Made by a program: the position numbers and the translations under genes. From Podarcis tiliguerta (lineage: Eukaryota): 64,000 nt of DNA. Each line of letters opens with the position of its first letter. Position 1 is the stretch's first letter. Of the stretch, positions 36,811 through 48,855 are shown in pieces. The notes beneath the pieces were generated by a model. It saw only the letters and a list, made by a program, of their open reading frames with translations, ran no database searches and had not been told where the DNA came from. The stretch lies in NCBI GenBank assembly GCA_965153285.1, contig OZ229110.1, one strand, 5' to 3'.

Positions 36811-39669
36811 TGCAGGAAGGGAAAGCTAAAAATAAGATAGCAGGCAGCTGTGATCCTTCATGAAAAGGCAAAGGGGGTTTGGGAGTGTGTATAGACTTTA
36901 CTGGGCATGTGCATCCTGGGCATATATATTGTATAAGCAGTCGCCACCTTGCTCTTCTTTTCCCAGGGCTCTTGCTGCCCTTTCCCCCTTGTGTCTTGCT
37001 CCATCTCAGAGTGAAAAGCAAGAGGCCAGCAGAAGAGCACCCTTGGCAAATACCCGTCAGCTGGTGCTTCCAGAGCTGAATTATGAGCACCTGTCTTGTA
37101 AGCAGGGATGGATAGTGCCGAGTTTAATTAAATCCATAGATCTTCCGCTTCCCTCCTCATAACCTGGCCCGGCAGCAGGAGGCGCTTGATGAATAGATCC
37201 CTGCCTGGCACTCAATACACAAGGCGCCTGTAATTAAGTATCCCGTGGAAGGTGGAGATAAGGTGGAGGGGTTGGGCAAGTCAGCCTCCTTTGGTACAGA
37301 AGCACGAGGGCTCGATTGGCACGAGAGGAATAGTGGCAATTGGGCTATTGACAGAAGTGCCTGCAAGATGGATGTGCTGTGGGGGGATATTTCCTTCCAG
37401 ATACATCAGTCACTGTGAGTTTTCTCCTCTACCCTCTGATCTGCAGCTTTGTGCCCCATGAGGAGTGATTTTCTTGTTATCTCGCTCTTTGGCTGCAAAC
37501 TCCTTCCTTGGCTGCAGGACAGTTATTAAGAAGGAGTGATTGCACGTGGAGTTGGAAGAGACGGTGTCATCTTTTAGGGGGAAAGGCTACAATGTGATCT
37601 CTTTGTAGTGTATTCTTAGCCGCTGCACAGATAACCGTCAACAATAATCTCTGCATATTCTTAGATGTCGGAAGGGGCTCCTAAGATGTGTCCATAAATG
37701 CACATAGCAATTTCATTTTGGCGCATGCAGCTGACCCAGAGTGCCGTGTAGATGTTCTTGGACTCCTAAATCCCATCAATCCCAGCCTGCATGGCCAGTG
37801 GTCAGGGGAGCTGCAATCCAGCAACTACATTGGAGGGCACTACATTGGCTAGACCCAAGCTAAGTCATAGTGTTAGTACAGTCTAACCTGGAAGTCACCA
37901 TGGCATGAATGTCAGAGGCTAAATCTTACCATGTGATCATGCTGCATCTTTCAGACTAGCAGACTGACACAACAGTCATAGGTACTATACAGCTCCAGGA
38001 TGCTGTCTGCATAGGATTGTAGGAGTAACTAGAATCTCTTCCACTGATGGAAGTGATCCATCCCCAGCCCTGGCCAGAGCTATCCAGCCTCTCCTACTTT
38101 TCCTTACCCCAACTTTACCTTTCTGTACTCTGTATGAAGAGACTCTGAACAGCTGGCCTACACACTCACCAAACAGCCTGTCATTTCTGTGTGTAGCACA
38201 CTTTTCCCGAAAGGGATGTTTGAAAGCTGTGGTGAAGAATTTCTGACTGAGACAGGCCTTTCGTGGTAGATGCAAAGAGCTCTCCTAGATCCAAATGGCT
38301 TGTGTATTTGACAAAAGAGGTGCCCATCCAGTCTCCTCCCACAAAAAGTGAACGGCCTGCCCCGCTTCTTTGTTAATATAAAAAATGTATTGTGTTTTCT
38401 TTTAAGAAAGCATATGCACACATGCAGGCAACATAAAACATTATGATAATCAGCAATGATCAGTAGAATATATTACAGCATTAGCTTCATTCATGTATTT
38501 TTATAGTCTATATAATTCAATGTATCCACAGTCCTCCCGAGTCAAATTAATTCACTTAGCATACATATCTCATGCCCTTTACTTTATCTTATATATTGTT
38601 GTTTCTTCTAGTGATGCAAAATGCAGAGGAAAGATAAGTATGGCTAAGTCCTTATTCAAATGCTTTCCAAGTCCTTTGCCTGTCCCCTGTTCTGACATGT
38701 TCTCTCAGGCCACCTCAGATAATGTCATCTTGAATTTCCACCAGCTTGGGTCCATTTTCTACCTTGTGTCATATTGGGAAATGCTTCCAGAGTCTGGATT
38801 TGAGCACTGACCAATTGAGTAAATTCTTGCTTTTCTGCCACTTCTTGCTTTCCTGCAACTGTATCAGCTCCAGTCAGGTGGCATGAGTGGAAATTCTGCC
38901 TTGTCAGTGAGCTAAACAGATGTGACTTGAAAATCCAGGAGGCATATTTTTGTAAATAAGAGTGAGGCGACTTTTATGGTTGCCTTTTGCATGCTTTAGA
39001 GCATGAAGGCTTGGTTGGCTCTTGTGTTACAGCACAAAAGTTCTTATATCATACGTCTTATTTTTGTGTCATTAAGTGCTTGTGTGCTACTGTCTAGTAA
39101 ATTTTAGGGCAAATGCCCAAAAGGGGGAAATCAAAATAAGTATGTTTTATATTTGTGTCTTATTTACTCTAGGCTGCCGGGGGAAAGGAATGGAAGCTGG
39201 AAATATATATTAAGCATTGTTGAAAGCATCAATTTTAGCATTCAACCTGGGGAATTAGAGACTGGGGTTGCTTTCATTGTGTCAAAAGCATCTTTTCTCT
39301 CGCCATAGCCGGGAAAACTTTAATCACAGCATAGGTTGAAAGCTTTCAGAATTGTTGCTCTGGTTTATTAGGATGCTTTTTTTTTTTGCTACCAAGGCTT
39401 GCCTTGAAGGAGTCTTGTTATTAGCATTATAGGAACAATACTGAGGGAGGAAACATTTGCCAAATCAAGCAGAGATGGTTTATCCAGATAATTTGGGTTT
39501 ATACAAGGACCTGCTTGAAGGTCCCACCCCTGACTCCTAAAGTTGCCCATTTGTTAGCTCTTGTGTCTCTGACATCCACTATTAGTAACCAAGCCTTCCA
39601 CATTTCCAGTCTGTGTCACTTAATGAATGTATCCACCCAGATGTTCGTTCTGGGCCTGTTTCTGTATTA

Positions 39670-39671
<2 letters not shown>

Positions 39672-39703
<32 letters not shown>
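39672..39703. repeat. (GT)16 microsatellite
   Basis: Direct reading. Confidence 0.95.
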
Positions 39704-39709
<6 letters not shown>

Positions 39710-42700
39710 TGCAAGAAAATTCACATTTAAATTTGCATTTTAAAATATATTTTCCCCTCAAAATATTCTAAGCATATTTTCTATCAAAATATGCATTTTA
39801 TATGTGTTTTGGTTTTTGAGCCAATAACTGCACCAGACCATTCAGAAAGTGCAAAAGCTGCCGGCTAGCTTAACTTCCACCCTGCACGTTAGTCTGGGAG
39901 GAGTGGATCAAGACAGTTCGTATTGGGCTTTGCAAATATTGAATTCCTCAAGTTCCAGCTCATCATTTTGGAATATCTGGTCAGCATCATAAGCTGGTTT
40001 TACATCAGCAGATCCCTTTTGTCTGCAGTTAACTAGGCAACAGGGAACTTTCCAGGCTTTTGTCAGCTGAGGGTTGCATTGAAATTCCTCACTCTGCCCT
40101 CTTCTGCTGTTCATCCGGTTGGGAGGAGGTGCTCTTCTTTACTTTTTCTCCAGTCTCAGTGGGACCACAGGATACAAAAACATGCCAGTATAGCAACCCC
40201 CACCAGTGCCTGGAGTGGTGGGGTGTGTGTGCGCCATGCTATAAGGCGGGGCATCCCAAGTGGGCAGGGCAAGCAGCACAGGGCATGCCGCCCCAGCGAA
40301 TATATCCCTCCCAGGAGGGACGCAGCTGGCATGTGCCAGTCTAGTGCTGTCGGAAAAAGTGTGGGGTGTGCCGCCGGGAGGGCACCCGGGAGCGACACCC
40401 GAGAGGACCATTTGTAAGCACTATGTAGAAAGCACTGCTCAGTCTCTGAATGTAGCGTAACTTCCTTGACCAAGGCTATCATGAGAGCACTAGGTAGGTA
40501 AATTATGTACAAATAGGGAATGGCCGCAATAATAAAATCATTTATGTTTGTTTCCCCTTCCTCAGGGGACAATCAGAAATGCCTGGTGTAGTACTGATTT
40601 TACCCTGTTCCCAAACACAAGTTATCTTGGCAGCAAAAAAAAAATCACAAGCAAGTGAGAACTACCTGTACTTAGCGATGGGTACATCTGCCTTTCTTCC
40701 AGCAGACCATGCACAGGCTGTGCTGACACAAGAAAAGAGAGTTAATGTTGCCATTCCTCTCCCTTGTCCCAGGCAACCAGGCTGTGTGAGCAAGCCATTG
40801 CTCTTTTCAATAGAATGATACACAGTGCAATTAACTTCTCCAGTATGTGCTACATAGTTCTTCCCTTTTATATTTTCCTCTCCCTTCCCTTTCTGTTTTA
40901 AAAGAGGCTTGTCTTATTTATTGATTGAACAGAGAACTCGGGAGAGTTGAGTGCGAATGTCTGCTGCTCTGGCGTTGCAGTGTGAAGCCACAATTTGAGC
41001 CTCCCCTGCCCTTTTCCCCTCCCCACCCCCACATTTGAACCCTCCAGTCTTCACCAGGTGAAGAGTCAACCTGATTGCTAAGCTGACTTTTTGCTGTGCT
41101 AAGCACTTTGGCTGAAACCTGCACCCCTTGCTTAGGAGGAATCGAAATGGCATTAGGTGCTGCCAGTTGCTCTCAGGGCAGGCAGTTTTCTGCCCGATCG
41201 CCTTCAGAGCAGCACACAAGGAAATGGTGTTGTCTGCTGTGACTTCACGATCTAATTGTGTTTAGCACTCCGCTGCTGAGGGTTGTTGTTTTTTCACACC
41301 GAAGGCACAAACTGGTCTTGACAGAAACCCCCTTGCTAAGGAGAGGGAAGGGAAGTTCTGTCCCATAGGCAGAAGCCCTTCCTGTGAACAGGATGATGTC
41401 GTTGGATACAATCCTAAAGCCTTTGATCCTTCTAAGATAAATGATCAAGGAACCTAATGGAAGGGAAAGTCCCCGTCCTTTTTTTCTCTGTCGTTTTCTC
41501 TGTGCCTCCTCAAAAAGCCTCTCTGGGAGGTTGGGAGGCCCTGCCAAACAATGTGGGATGGGGCTGCTGTAGGAGGGAGGAATTGCCGCACAAGTTAGCT
41601 TAAGGGAGGAAACTTTGCCAGTCTCTCTCCACCAGAGTCGCCACCCCCACCCCGCCATCCCATCCCACATGGATCAGGAGACTTTGCAGAGGGGTAAGGG
41701 GAGAAGAGAGGCAGGAAACTCCTTCCATGAACTTGCTTAACTTAGAATCTACATCAAAGTCTTCCCCCACCCCTTTTTCCTTTTCTTTTAAAATTAATTG
41801 GTGCTTTTTTATGCAGCCTTCACAAGTTCCTTTCTACTAATGCCTTCTGCTTAAGGCTAATAGCAGAAGCTAGCCCTGGCTGTTGCACAATCCCAGCTGA
41901 TGGTGTGTGTCTCAGCCCCCAGCTTTTTTCAAGCTGCATTGCGAGTGAAGTGTGTCTGGGCGCAGTGGTGCAATTCAGAGTTTATTACGTAAAATGAGCT
42001 TGCCATTTCAGAAGCGAGCACAGTGCTGGAATACTGGAGGTGGTGGCAGAGTTAAATAAAAGGAATTGCCATAAAATTTTATCAAAAGAGCTGCCCTTTG
42101 AAAATTAACTCCTTGATAATTAGCCCAATAGCCCTCTTAGGAATATTCTGCGTGGTTTTTTGGTTTTTTTGCGAACACAGTATGTCTTTTGGCCTTATTC
42201 ACCAGCCCAGTTTAAGAGATCATTTAGTCTGTCAGTTGATGTGTGAGTTCTGAGGTGCCTTTAGCTCTCTTGCTTTACCAGTTCTGAAAGTTTATCCAGG
42301 AAGGCTGTGGCTAGAACTGAGAACAACCGCCCTGTGTTACAGCTGTGAGCCATAGAGCCGCAAAAGTGCCTCCCCTCATGTAACCGCAGCGCTGATGTTT
42401 TCCCCATGAGTGCCATATCATTATAGCTAGGCTTGTGGAGTCTTCGGCCAGCTCTGTTTTTCTGTACTGTGACTCTGTCGTATCAGGTGACTGTGCTTTC
42501 CCCTCTGCTTACTAGGATTGAGTGGGAAGACAGATGAAGAGATAGCGGCAGAGGGCAGCCCTTCTAATTTCTTGCACTTCTGTGCTCGCCTTGCTTCAGT
42601 TACCTAGTACGGATCTGTGCAAACAGACAGCCTCATCTAATAAACATGACATTAGAGGCAGCCAGCACTTAATTGATATGGCATTTCGTTCCTCCCAGAC

Positions 42701-43561
42701 ACCGATGATGTCGTTCCTGGCAGTCTTGTCGTTTCTTGCAGGAGGCGGGGCTGCGCTTTGCCTTTCTGAGCACTTGTATCCCTGGAGAAATTATTCCTTG
42801 CTTTGCTTTCTGTTTGTTCAGAGGCTCAAATATTTTCAGACTAACCCTGGTGGGTAAATGAGAGGCATCTGGAGATCTGTGAGCTGCCAGGCCTGGGATG
42901 GCATGAGCTGCTTTTGACCTTTGCTGGGTTGAGATTAGGTGGTTGTCTAAGTGACACAGTTGGCACAGGGTTCTCTTTAAGGAAACGGAGGGTGCTAATT
43001 CCCTCTGGAGCGGAGGCATGACTGGGAGGCTGGATAGAGATTTTATGCTGCTTCCGACAGTTGGAGCCTATGACGGAAGGTCTCTGTGTAGAGCATATAA
43101 TGGCCTTGATGTGGCTGCTACGCATTAGATGTAGCTTTCCATCTCAGAAGCCTTATAACTGTTCTGCTCCAGACTTGGCTTTTGAGAGAGGCCATATCGG
43201 TGCCTAATCCAAAACACAGTCATGATGCTCCAAAAAAGTCATGTATTCCTCTTGAAGAATTGAGATATTTAAAGCAGCGTTCTTCTTTCCTACCTTCTTC
43301 TTGGGTTTAATAGCATAGCAAGGCCTGCAGGGGTCCTGGGCATACATATATCTTGCACCCAGAAACATAACCAACCACATACACACCCTAATTCACCCAA
43401 GATGTGCTTCCTTCCTTCCTTGATAGCTACACCTGACATTTGTGGGAAATCCTGGAGACAAAAATCCAGTGCTGCTGCTATAGCTATAGATGTAAATTTA
43501 CCCTTCACTAGTCACCCACCCTCTCATACCCCTCTCTTCCTTCTCCTCTCCTCCCCTTCAG

Positions 43562-43705
43562 ATGAATCCAGCCTGAAAATGAATGAGGTGGGGCATGTGC
43601 CTCAGTCCCTCGCTAGCCACTCTGGCAGCTACCTCTGGGGTGCGCAGAGAGATGAGCATGGAGCAGATATGCTGAAGCCTGACCCTCGGGACACTTTCTT
43701 CCTCA
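43562..43705 (+). CDS. B4GALNT4: B4GALNT4 exon ~10 ([20 protein letters not shown]...[13 protein letters not shown])
   Basis: Strong pyrimidine tract + ttcag acceptor, A|gtaagt donor, 144 nt, phase 1/1. Confidence 0.96.
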
Positions 43706-44455
43706 GTAAGTGAGAAAGGGTCTTCCAGTGAAGTCTGTTTGCTTGCCATTGCAGTAGAGGAAGAGGAATGGAGGTGGGCAGGGAGGGAAGAATGAAGAGG
43801 CACTTGTGGCGCTGCCTATATTAGCAGGGGCATGGGGGTTTATGCTTATGCATGCATAAGTGGTCTCAGATTGGGCAAGAGCTTTGGCATTGGGCCAAGA
43901 TGCCTCCTTCTAGCTTTTGCTAACACTGCCCTCCCGCCCCACACTCTTATGACAGTGATGGACAACATGGTGCCCTCCAGGTGTTGTTGGACTACTATGC
44001 CCCCAGCCTAAGCCAAAAGGGCCAGTGATCATTCATTCATTCATTCATTTTATTTGTCTGCCGCTTTCCCACTCGAAGCAGGTTATAACAAAGAAACAGG
44101 GATGCATTTCAAAGAAACGCTACAAAAACAATGTTATAATATTGTTGCAAAACAATTGCATAGTAACAATTTCATCATAACGTAGGAAAACCAAAATATA
44201 ACAACATACCAGAAAAATCACATTTCTATAAACATAACAAAATTACTTAAACAACCTGCAACACCAACCAGTAGCAGAAATAACAAGGGAGCTTCAGTTT
44301 CCCCTTACTCCTAGAAACACCTCTGCCATGATGTTGCTCACAATCCTTCTCCTGCAACAACACCTTCCAAGAACGAAGGGTGGAGTAGCTGGAAAAGCCA
44401 TGATGTTAGGGAATATGTTGGGGAGTTGTAGTCCAACAACATCTTCAGCATATTG

Positions 44456-44510
44456 ACATAGAATCATAGAACTGTAGAGTTGCAAGGGACCCCGAAAGTC
44501 ATCTAGTGTT
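44456..44510 (-). mobile_element. CR1 3' terminus
   Basis: CATAGAATCATAGAACTGTAGAGTTGCAAGGGACCCCGAAAGTCATCTAGT is the reverse complement of a CR1 (ATTCTRTG)n end. Confidence 0.7.
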
Positions 44511-45477
44511 GGCTCCCTTCGCTGTAAGGAGGGGGAATTGGTGGAGCTCAAGAAAGAGCATATTTGTTTGGAAGCAACCTACCCATGAGAGAAACACGTT
44601 TGGGGAGCATTGTATCCCCCTTACTGTGTTTTGATGCAGGATAGAAAGAGCAGGCATTCAGTGGAGAGCTAGCTAAATATCAGTGTCTGCGGCAATAGAA
44701 TGAAGGAGGCATTCATACAGGATATTTATTGATCTGAAACTATGAGACAAGATGATCACCTTTGCATTTGCCAAAAGTGAGACTTTTGTGATGGGGAAGG
44801 GAGTTGATTTTTCCAGCAAGACTGGATTAATCCTGGTCTCAAAAGAAAGGTATGTTGACAGAAGATGGTTCTCAGTCTCCAGGAATGTTGAGTAACACTA
44901 TAATGACCTCTTGGGGAGATGGTGGCTTACAGTCTAGATCAAAAGCAGAAGACCTCCAAGATATAACAGTCATTGTGGATTAATTCAGTCCAGGCTATCT
45001 ACAGTGCCTGTGCCTAGCAACATAAAATTCTGTGCTTGTGCTGAGAATGGATACTTTTAACAAGTATAAAATTAGCATTTTAAAAAATCATGCAAATTAG
45101 CTTATTTTTAATAATTTGTTCTACAAGTTTTACTACTTAACAATACTTCTGATAGCAGTGATGAGAATTGAGCTATGCAGGACACTGAACCTACTCACAC
45201 TCACACATACTCCTAGCAGAAATCTTAGGCCTATCTGCCTCGTCCTTAAGCTTGTTCTGGACTCTTCCACTAAAAAGCAAATCAGGAGATCACATGAATG
45301 AGTGTTACAAAAAACAAAAACAAAACAAACCCTCTTCTTCGTATACTAGACGCCAGGGAGAAGAATGTCTGGTATTTATGTAGCAGTCCAGAGAATAACA
45401 GTCTAGGCAGGTGGACTCAGGAACCTCTGGGTTTGATCCTGTGGCTTCTTCCTCTTGCTTAACTGCCTTTATCTCAG

Positions 45478-45587
45478 CTCCCCAGATCGAGCCGTCCCAC
45501 GTGGAGAATGTGCTGGTGCCCTGTGCTTACAGCCCCACGTACGTGGTGAAGGATTTCCCTATTGCCCGCTATCAGGGCCTGCAGTTT
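45478..45587 (+). CDS. B4GALNT4: B4GALNT4 exon ~11 ([37 protein letters not shown])
   Basis: ctcag acceptor, gtaagt donor, 110 nt, phase 1/0. Confidence 0.96.
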
Positions 45588-46212
45588 GTAAGTGTCCCCA
45601 TATGGGCTTTATAGCCTAGCTTTCTCTCTGTCCATGGAGAAGTATCTCCACTACTTTTGCCATTGCTCATTCCTATGCACCTGTAACACAGCACATTGCC
45701 CTACGTTGGTGGGTGGGGGGCAGGCTATGCCTGCACTGCTCTGGGAACCAAATTCAAAAGACATTATTGCTGGGTCATTTTGGCCAGCAGCATTAGCAGA
45801 TTTTTTTTATAACAGAGACCGAACTGAAGCTAGTGCACCATAAAAGATGGGGAGTTGGGGGCAAGATAGAAGGATGGGGCAGGGACAAAGAAGGGTATAG
45901 AAAAGCTTCTTTGATTCCTATCAGACACAGAATGCAGTGGTGGGAGCTTGATTCTGAATAAATAAAAAACCCACAAAGGCATATTTCAGAATCTATGTCA
46001 CAATGTACAGGCGTGTGCAATTCTCACCGCTCCTGGGTCCAGCTGGTAGTGTTCGTGCCCACGGCCTGCCGCCATGTGTTCTCTGGAATGGGCCCCAGGA
46101 GCAGCTTCTCCTTCCTGCCCAGTATAATTCACCCCTTTCCTCCTCCACCTGTAGGAAGTGGAAACATACCTACTTTGCTGTGACTCTTCTCACCAGGTTG
46201 CCCCTCCCACAG

Positions 46213-46313
46213 GTCTACCTCTCATTTGTTTACCCCAATGATTTCACCCGGCTTACGCACATGGAGACGGAGAACAAATGCTTCTACAGGGAGTCTCCGC
46301 TCTACTTGGAAAA
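46213..46313 (+). CDS. B4GALNT4: B4GALNT4 exon ~12 ([33 protein letters not shown])
   Basis: cacag acceptor, AA|gtaagt donor, 101 nt, phase 0/2. Confidence 0.97.
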
Positions 46314-47122
46314 GTAAGTGTGAACCAGGAAGGGCAGTAAGGAAGCTGACTGCCAAGAGCTATCAGAAACCCATCAGATGTACTTTGTTGGGGGTGGAGA
46401 GATTGCAGTCTCCTGGCAGATTAAGTGTAAAATGTGAAATCTAAGGTGCAGCAAACATGAATGTGGAACATAGGACCATAGAAGGGTTGGTGGTGAACCT
46501 GGCCCTCCATGATTTGGTCACTCTTGTTTGCCATTGGGGCTGAGAAATTTTATAGGAACTACAAAGTAGTCAACCTAAGGAAGGAACTTTCCATTGCGGC
46601 TCGATTGGAATTGGCAAGAGGGGAAGAGAACTCAGTTCACATTCATGACCCTCTTTCCCTAACATCCATAACTGCTCTGAGTCATAATGGCATAATCCAT
46701 TGATCTTGATGCTGTTCGGGATATTTCAAAGTCAAGTCTCCGGCTTTAGTGTTACCTCCCACCTTCCATTTTATAATCTGTTTCAACTGCATGCAACTCT
46801 GTGGCAAACACGGCCAATTTGGTCTCTTCTACAAAGGGGCTCTGAAGCTCAACTTCAAGAAGAGACTCTTGCCATCAATATTATGTATACGACTGCTGCT
46901 GTCTACCTCCGTAAGAGACTACTTCATGGATCTAACAGGGCCCCCAAAAGCTTATACTACAATGCATTGGTAGTCTTCAAAGTGCCACCAGACTCTGTTG
47001 TTTTTAGCACAACTGACTACAGTAGTATGTCCCTTTGGAATCTGTGAAAAAGTAGGCTGGGTGCCTATTACAAGGATTCCCTGCTAAGCAAAATCCCTTA
47101 GGCTTATCCTTGAGCAACACAG

Positions 47123-47146
47123 GTGTGTGTGTGTGTGTGTGTGTGT
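47123..47146. repeat. (GT)12 microsatellite just upstream of the exon ~13 acceptor
   Basis: Direct reading. Confidence 0.95.
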
Positions 47147-47175
47147 TATCTGAGACTTGTTGCTTGGCTCTCCAG

Positions 47176-47270
47176 ATTTGGCTTTTACAAATACATGAAG
47201 ATGGATGAAGAGGAGGAGGAGGAGGAGGAGGATCCACACCAGAGAGCCTTTCTCTTCCTGAATCCTGAGA
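47176..47270 (+). CDS. B4GALNT4: B4GALNT4 exon ~13 ([31 protein letters not shown])
   Basis: tccag acceptor, A|gtaagt donor, 95 nt, phase 2/1; matches human [10 protein letters not shown]...RAFLFLNP. Confidence 0.95.
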
Positions 47271-47414
47271 GTAAGTAGTCTTTGGGAAATACAGCTTCCT
47301 CCAATCAGGCAGGAACCATACTCTGATATCTGTCCATTTTATGAGCAGCTTCTGAAGTGTGTGTGTTTATGTAAGCAGAGGCTGGAATCCGTCAGGGATT
47401 CTCTAGCTGTGATT

Positions 47415-47475
47415 TCTGCATTGCAGGAATGACCCCCGGGTCCCTTGCAGCTCTACAATTCTGTGATTCTGTGTG
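47415..47475 (+). mobile_element. CR1 3' terminus
   Basis: GGGTCCCTTGCAGCTCTACAATTCTGTGATTCTGTG tail. Confidence 0.7.
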
Positions 47476-47700
47476 TTTCACTGGTGTTAGAACAAGCAAG
47501 TCTATTGTGCCATCAACTTACAGGGATTGCATTCCCAAGCAGGTTGTGTCACGGCAACAGATTGCTTGCTGAGGATGGGAGAGTAACTGCAGGAAGCTAT
47601 TCACCAGCTTGGCTCCTGAATGCATTTACAGAGATTCTTTATTTTTTGTCACTTTGATTTCCCTTCTGGCTCCCCTGCAAGAAAGCTGCCATGAGATATA

Positions 47701-47850
47701 CCAGATTTTTTCATGTATAAGACTATCTTTCCCCCCAATTCTTTCAAGTTTAAAATTGGGGGTCGTCTTATACATGGATAGTGCATATGGGGGATATCTT
47801 TATTTGGAGTCCCAAAAAATAGGGGTCATGTTATACATGGAAAAATACGG
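47701..47850. mobile_element. Short Tc2-like MITE, 150 bp
   Basis: TA flanks at 47699-47700 and 47851-47852; TIRs CCAGATTTTTTCATGTATAA ... TTATACATGGAAAAATACGG. Confidence 0.8.
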
Positions 47851-48855
47851 TACCTATTGCCAAAGACTGGAATTATTGGGGTTTATGCCCTGGCTACCTC
47901 CATTAAAAGGGGCATGGACAAAGTCACTGCCACCACTGAACACCTGGGAAGAAGAGTATCTGGTTCCTGCCATGTTCTGTGGGGAGTTTTCTGGTATCTT
48001 CAGCAGCTTCCTAATCTCTGCTGACAAAATGCCCCTCTCCCACCTCGACCTCTGCAGGCGACCTCTGCAGTCCAGAGGCAAGCTGTCCAAGAGCCCATCT
48101 GTGCTGAGACCAAGCTTGTGAATACCTTGAAATGCAATCAGTACCCCCCTCCAAATCTTGTTTGTAGCAGCAAGAATATTAGACCTTCACCATCCCTTTG
48201 ATATGCAGCCTTGACTCTCCTCAGTTAATTTATGTGATTTTTACTACTTAGTATGGAGGAAATTCTCTCTCGATTCATCTGGTTGAAATGTACAAAGGAT
48301 GAGGGCAGGGCTATGCCATCCAAATGCCTTGTTAAGTCCCAAAGAGACCAAAATTATGCGTTTAAAATTAATTATTCAAATCCGCACGGCGTGTACACAT
48401 TTTCCCATTCTGCATGAAGTCATTTAGTTAATTTTGATCCTACAGGCTGTGCTGACCAGCACCGGGGGTAGGGAAAGAAAGGTCATTAGGGATGTGTAGG
48501 CCAGAGAACATAACAGGAGGCCCTGAGGAAAGGGCAGCTAGACATGGCGGAACCATGCGTGCTTAGACAAAGCATCACTCCCTCAATACTAGAGACATTC
48601 ACAGACACAGCCTGCACTTTTTCCAATCTATTTCAGGGTCTGACCTCATGCCATGGTGGTACACAGAGACATTGCTTACCAGTACCCAATACTCACCCTC
48701 CCCTGCTTTCTGTTCCAGGCCTTCCCCCAACCCCTTCCTTCCTCAGCTGCCTCTTGCCTTAGAGTCCTCCAACCCCTTCTTGCCTTCAAGTTTCCCCTGC
48801 ACTTGGGCATGTTACCCATGAGACTTTATCTGCTCTGCTGCTGGTTATTTTCTAG

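Noticed and set aside
40195-40405. GC-rich patch as a possible promoter or hAT remnant
   Set aside because: I could not define TIRs, a TSD or promoter structure; left unannotated.
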